Shown: positions 51,595 to 64,000 of the stretch, one piece after another
Position numbering within the stretch: the first letter of the stretch is position 1
How the letters are laid out: the number at the start of each line of letters is the position of its first letter
NCBI RefSeq assembly: GCF_009914755.1
Contig: NC_060940.1
Length of the DNA stretch: 64,000 bases
Origin: the human T2T-CHM13v2.0 reference genome, Homo sapiens
Reading direction: 5' to 3' (one strand)
Notes under the pieces: generated by a model
The model's database searches: none
The model's input: only the letters and a program-made list of their open reading frames with translations
Told to the model about the DNA's origin: nothing
Position numbers and translations under genes: made by a program

Positions 51595-52935
51595 GGGTCT
51601 TGCTATATTGCCCAGGCTGGTCTCAAGCTCCTGGCCTCAAGCAATCCTCCCACTTCAGCCTCCCAAAGTGCTGAGATTATAGGCATGAGTTACCACACCT
51701 GGCCAGATAAACTTTTGTTGTTGACTAACATTGTTCACAGAAATCTGCCTACTATTCCAACAGGGAATTTCTTAGGGCGCTCCCCGACAACTTTGTTCTT
51801 TCTGTTTGGGGGTTACCCAAATTAGAAATCCTTTTCACTTTGTTATCCAGAATGATGTGGTTTCTTCTTTGTCTTGCCTCTGGTACAACCCCACTGGGCT
51901 TATCCCACAACCCCACTGGGCTTATCCCACCCCAATTTAGGCCCCACCCATCTTTCTCCTCCAGAAATAAGTCCCCTCCAAGTTTTGAGAGAGTCTTGCT
52001 CTGTTGCCCAGGCTGGCATGCAGTGGGGTGATAATTGGCTCACTGCAACCTCTACCTCCTGGATTCAAGTGATTCTCGTGCCTCAGCCTCCCAAGTAGCT
52101 GGGACTGCAGGCATGCACCACCACACCTAGCTATTTTTTCTATTTTTAGTAGAGACGGGTTTTCACCATGTTGGCCAGGGTGGTTTCAAACTCCTGACCT
52201 CAGGTGATCTGTCTGCCTCGGCCTCCCAAAGTGCTGGGATTACAGGCGTGAGCCACCGCGCCCAGCCAGACACTTTTAATTGACTAAGATTGCTCCTCAC
52301 CAATCTTAAGATTTTTCCCCAGATTTCCTTCCCAAGCTATCTAGCCCAGCTGCCCAACTAGGCTTTTCTAAACATATCTTTAATGCTTGTCATGATAAGG
52401 AATAATGACCCCCTGATTCCTGTCCTCTGCCACTCTATTAGGTATGATTGACAATGTTTTATTTTTCCAGAAATGTTCTTTCTTTTTGGTACAGCCACTG
52501 TTTCTTTTATTTTTGTTTTTACAGAAAAAAAGGCCGGGGGAGGGGGGTGGTGGGTGGTCATGGTATGCATACTTCTGCACCTGGCTTTTTTCTCTTGGAG
52601 TTCCTTCCACATCAACATAGAGACCTACTTCACTTTTTATTATTTATTTATTTATTTAGAGACAGGATCTTGCTCTGTCATCCAGGCTGGAGCCCCGGGG
52701 CTCAATAATCACAGCTCACTGCAGCTATCCTCAAGCTATCCTCCCACCTCTCAGCCTCTTGAGTAGCTAGGACTCCTGGCCCAACCTACTGCCATGACAC
52801 CAGCTAATTTTTTTTTTTAATAGAGACTGGGTCTTGCTATGTTGCCCAGGCTGGTCTCAACTCCCGGGCTCAACCGATCCTCCCACCTCATCCTCCCAAA
52901 GTGCTGGTATTACCGCTGTGAGCACTGCTCTCAGC
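51050..52935. mobile_element. AluJ (-) with nested AluY (+, 51140-51465), plus Alus 51983-52267 and 52635-52935 (-)
   Basis: Alu consensus; TSD aaactccca(a/g)gct. Confidence 0.9.
51546..51591 (+). repeat. (GT)n microsatellite in Alu linker
   Basis: Directly visible. Confidence 0.97.
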
Positions 52936-52956
52936 ATTCACCTTTAAAAACATATC

Positions 52957-52998
<42 letters not shown>

Positions 52999-53020
52999 AT
53001 CTATCTATCTATCTATCTAT
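52957..53020 (+). repeat. (TCTA)n tetranucleotide STR with one TCA interruption
   Basis: Directly visible. Confidence 0.97.
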
Positions 53021-53559
53021 ATCACGGTTTATTTAGCCACTTCCCTACTGGACATCTCAGTGACCCAGTTCTGTTGTTTTGGCATACAATGCTGCAGTGG
53101 ACAACCTTCTCCATGTAGTTCATTTTAATCAAACAGCGACTTCAAATTTTGATAGAGCCTCCAAAGAAACGCTAGTATCAAGCCAGTTTGAGAATTTAGT
53201 ATGCCACTCTCTCCCCTACTGAAAACCTTCTTCCAGGGGCAATGTAATGGAAAGGACTTGGGTTCTGCGCCTAGAACCAAGGAGCCTTGGGTCTTTAACA
53301 TCTCTGGGCCTCATGTATTCGCCTATGTAAAGTCGGTATAATCTCGCATCTCAGGTTGGTTGTGAGAACCCAGAGACTGCCTCCGTGAAGGCTTGGCATC
53401 AGCATAGGCCTCGGCTGTCCTTTAGTTTCAGGGTGTCCCGGGGCACGGGCCAAAACCTCAGGCTGAACCTGCTAGAGGAACCTTCCTGTCCCTTGCAGAT
53501 TAGGAAAACTGTGGCACAGAAAGCGCCAAGGGGTTGATCAAGACCCCCACAGCTTTGGT

Positions 53560-54760
<1,201 letters not shown>

Positions 54761-55099
54761 TAGTAGTAAAGACAATAATAGCTTGCTCTCCCCAAATGCC
54801 TAATGCCCGGCCCTGCTCTTTTTGGACGTAATTCTCTCTAGTACCCCTCGCCGGCACCTGAGGATAGGTACTGTTGTTATTCCCATTTCCATTTTACAGA
54901 CTAAATAATGGCTGAGAAGTGGCTGACCCCTCTGATCATCACTGTGGCCTGTGGTCTGTCTCCCACTGCTTTTCTGGGCTGTGGCTTCCTTCCCCTTTTT
55001 AGGAGGGGAAACCTAGGCTTGGAACCCATGATCAGATGTTGGGGCTCTGGTCAAGGGAGTTGAGTTTGTGTGTATTAAAGGAACAGCTGACTTGCTTCT

Positions 55100-58656
<3,557 letters not shown>

Positions 58657-58669
58657 GAAATGATCTTAT

Positions 58670-59900
58670 TCCCTGAAGAGCTTAGTCTAGTGATAGAGAG
58701 GGATTATAGAAATAGTTCCTTTTATTATAATCAAGTAGAAGATGTATAGGGTACTGTGGAGGGGAAGAAGAAGGGACTTGACCTGACCTAGGGGTTCAGA
58801 GAAGGCTTCCTGCCAAACAACAGGAGCTGGAAATCTTCCAGTCGAATGAAAGAAGAAAAAAAAAAAAAACCACAGGAGAAAAGGTAGATGATGTGTGCAG
58901 GGAACTATAAGCAATTTGGTATTATAATTAGAGCATGATGTACTGGTAGAAGAAGAAAATGGATTTCCCAGAGTCCCAATTCTGTTTGGTTATAGCTGCC
59001 TGGGATACTATCAAGGATACTTTGTGTTGGAATCTGTGCAAATCTGTGGAAAAAAGGATATGTATTAGTGAAGTGTATTGTGGGCTTTCGTTTAGGAAGA
59101 ACTGGATTTGGAGAGGTGGGGAAGAAGGAGGAATCTAGAGGTTTCTGACTTGAGAAACTCTGTATGATGTTGGACATAGATATTGAGACCTAGAATACAG
59201 AGAAGATGAAAAGATCACTTTTAATCTGTTGGCTTTTATTTGCCTTTAGATGTATACAGAAAACAGATGGAGATATGAGTCAGAAACTGGGTGGTTAGTT
59301 GAACCAGGGATGAGCAGAAGAAACATAGCCTATTGGAGAGACTTGGAAAAGTTAGAGGAGAGTAGTATTGGTGGAGAGACAATAGGAGTTCAAGAGAAGG
59401 AGGGTGGTCAACAGGATTCGTGGTATAGGACCTAAGTGTTCTACCTAATTGCTTTGTTTCACAGATGTGCATGACCACCTACAGCTGTGCCAGGCACAGT
59501 GATTGGGTGCTGGGAGGTATTGAGGTGAACAAGACAGACAAGGTCCTACCTCTGTGAGGATATAAGGGAGACTAACAGATAAATAAATGGTATGAGAGGC
59601 TTCATTGAATAAGGCAGTGAGGGAAGTGAGGTGTGACCAAGACCTAAAGTGCGAACAAGAGGCAGCTTTGGGTAGAGCATTCCAGATTCCAGCAGCAACA
59701 AGAGCTAATTCAGAAGCCTGAGGTGAGAAGGAGCTTGACGTGTGCAAGTAACAAAGGGTGAACAGTGGAAAGAAGATATAGATGGGTAAGATCCAGAATA
59801 TTCAGGGCCTTTGGTGATGACATGGTGTTTGGGTTTTATCTGCCTGCAATGGGAAGCCATTGAGAGGTTATAAGCAGGCAAGTGCTGAGATCTGTGAGAC
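58670..59900 (-). mobile_element. L2 remnants
   Basis: ggggttcagagaaggcttcctg, agagcattccagattccagcagcaacaagagc, aatgggaagccattgagagg motifs. Confidence 0.65.
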
Positions 59901-60162
59901 AAAGATTTGTGCGGTTTAGAAGGCTGACCATTCTGTTAGAGCTGGGATAGTGCTCCTGTTTCTTTGCCATTCATATAGTTAGTTCCCTTTAGAGATCTTT
60001 CGTAGCCCTCCTTTACCAGTAGCTGTGTGATGACCAGTCACCATGGCTGCTTCGTCTCCTCTGGGTGAGTTTCTCCCTGGGTGACTCAGGATCCTAAGAT
60101 CCTAAGATGCTGAGACATCCTTTGATGTGGTAAATGGAATCCTCCCTCAAGAAACTGGCATG

Positions 60163-63366
<3,204 letters not shown>

Positions 63367-63671
63367 CCTGATTTTAAACTTTTAAAATTGTTCCTTATAA
63401 GTCATGTACTCTAATAGGCCTTCATTTCAGAGATGCAGAGACAGGTGCCAGAAAGGAAGAGAAAGGACCTATCTCAGGTCATATCTAAGCCATGGCAGAG
63501 TGAGGACCAAAACCTGGGTCTGCAGAATTATGCAGTCAGTGCTTTTCTTGCTTGGTTCTTTGATTCATACTTACTTTGCTTTCTCTGAGCGCTTGTCTGT
63601 GTCAGATCAGTGTGGAGGTCCCTGTTTCCAGGAAGACTTTTTGTATATTCACTGCCTCCCATCCCCTTCCA

Positions 63672-63800
63672 TGCATGTCCAACCTTTTGGCTTCCCTGGG
63701 CCACATTGGAAGAAGAATTGTCTTGAGCCACACATAAAATAGACTAACACTAATGATAGTTAATGAGCTTAAAAAAAATAAAAATGTAAAAAGGGTCCAT
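63672..63800 (+). mobile_element. MER30 (hAT-Charlie) fragment
   Basis: tgtccaaccttttggcttccctgggccacattggaagaagaattgtcttg. Confidence 0.85.
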
Positions 63801-63813
63801 GCATCATACGCAT

Positions 63814-64000
<187 letters not shown>

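Overview
Human (or great-ape) genomic DNA, very Alu-rich. It holds the 3' half of CBFB (core-binding factor beta, the RUNX partner, 16q22) on the + strand: exon 4 (10974-11090), exon 5 (26509-26604 or 26635, two donors), exon 6 CDS (43006-43074 or 43028) and a ~2.3 kb 3'UTR ending near 45350. About 9 kb further on are the CpG-island promoter and first coding exon of PHAF1/C16orf70 (ATG 54468, + strand). The rest is intronic or intergenic, with ~70 Alu/FLAM/FAM copies plus L1, L2, MIR, MLT1, MER44 and MER30 remnants and several STRs. Essentially all ORFs in the supplied track are Alu/L1-derived or chance. The most striking unexplained feature is a ~37-bp insertion in CBFB intron 4 (23808-23860 including the TSDs). 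It has an 8-bp TSD, a canonical L1-EN site and a poly(A) tail, and its 19-nt body matches the 3' end of tRNA-Trp(CCA) with the only non-CpG mismatch at position 58 (m1A58). It may be a genomic fossil of an RNA modification. Other leads are a candidate alternative terminal exon after exon 4, a candidate poison exon, a dispersed ~85-bp direct repeat near an NF-kB-type palindrome in the inv(16) intron, a twin-primed L1PA, repeated target-site reuse by Alus and a possible 5'UTR intron in PHAF1. Repeat boundaries and subfamilies are by eye and approximate, and reference sequences are recalled rather than searched.
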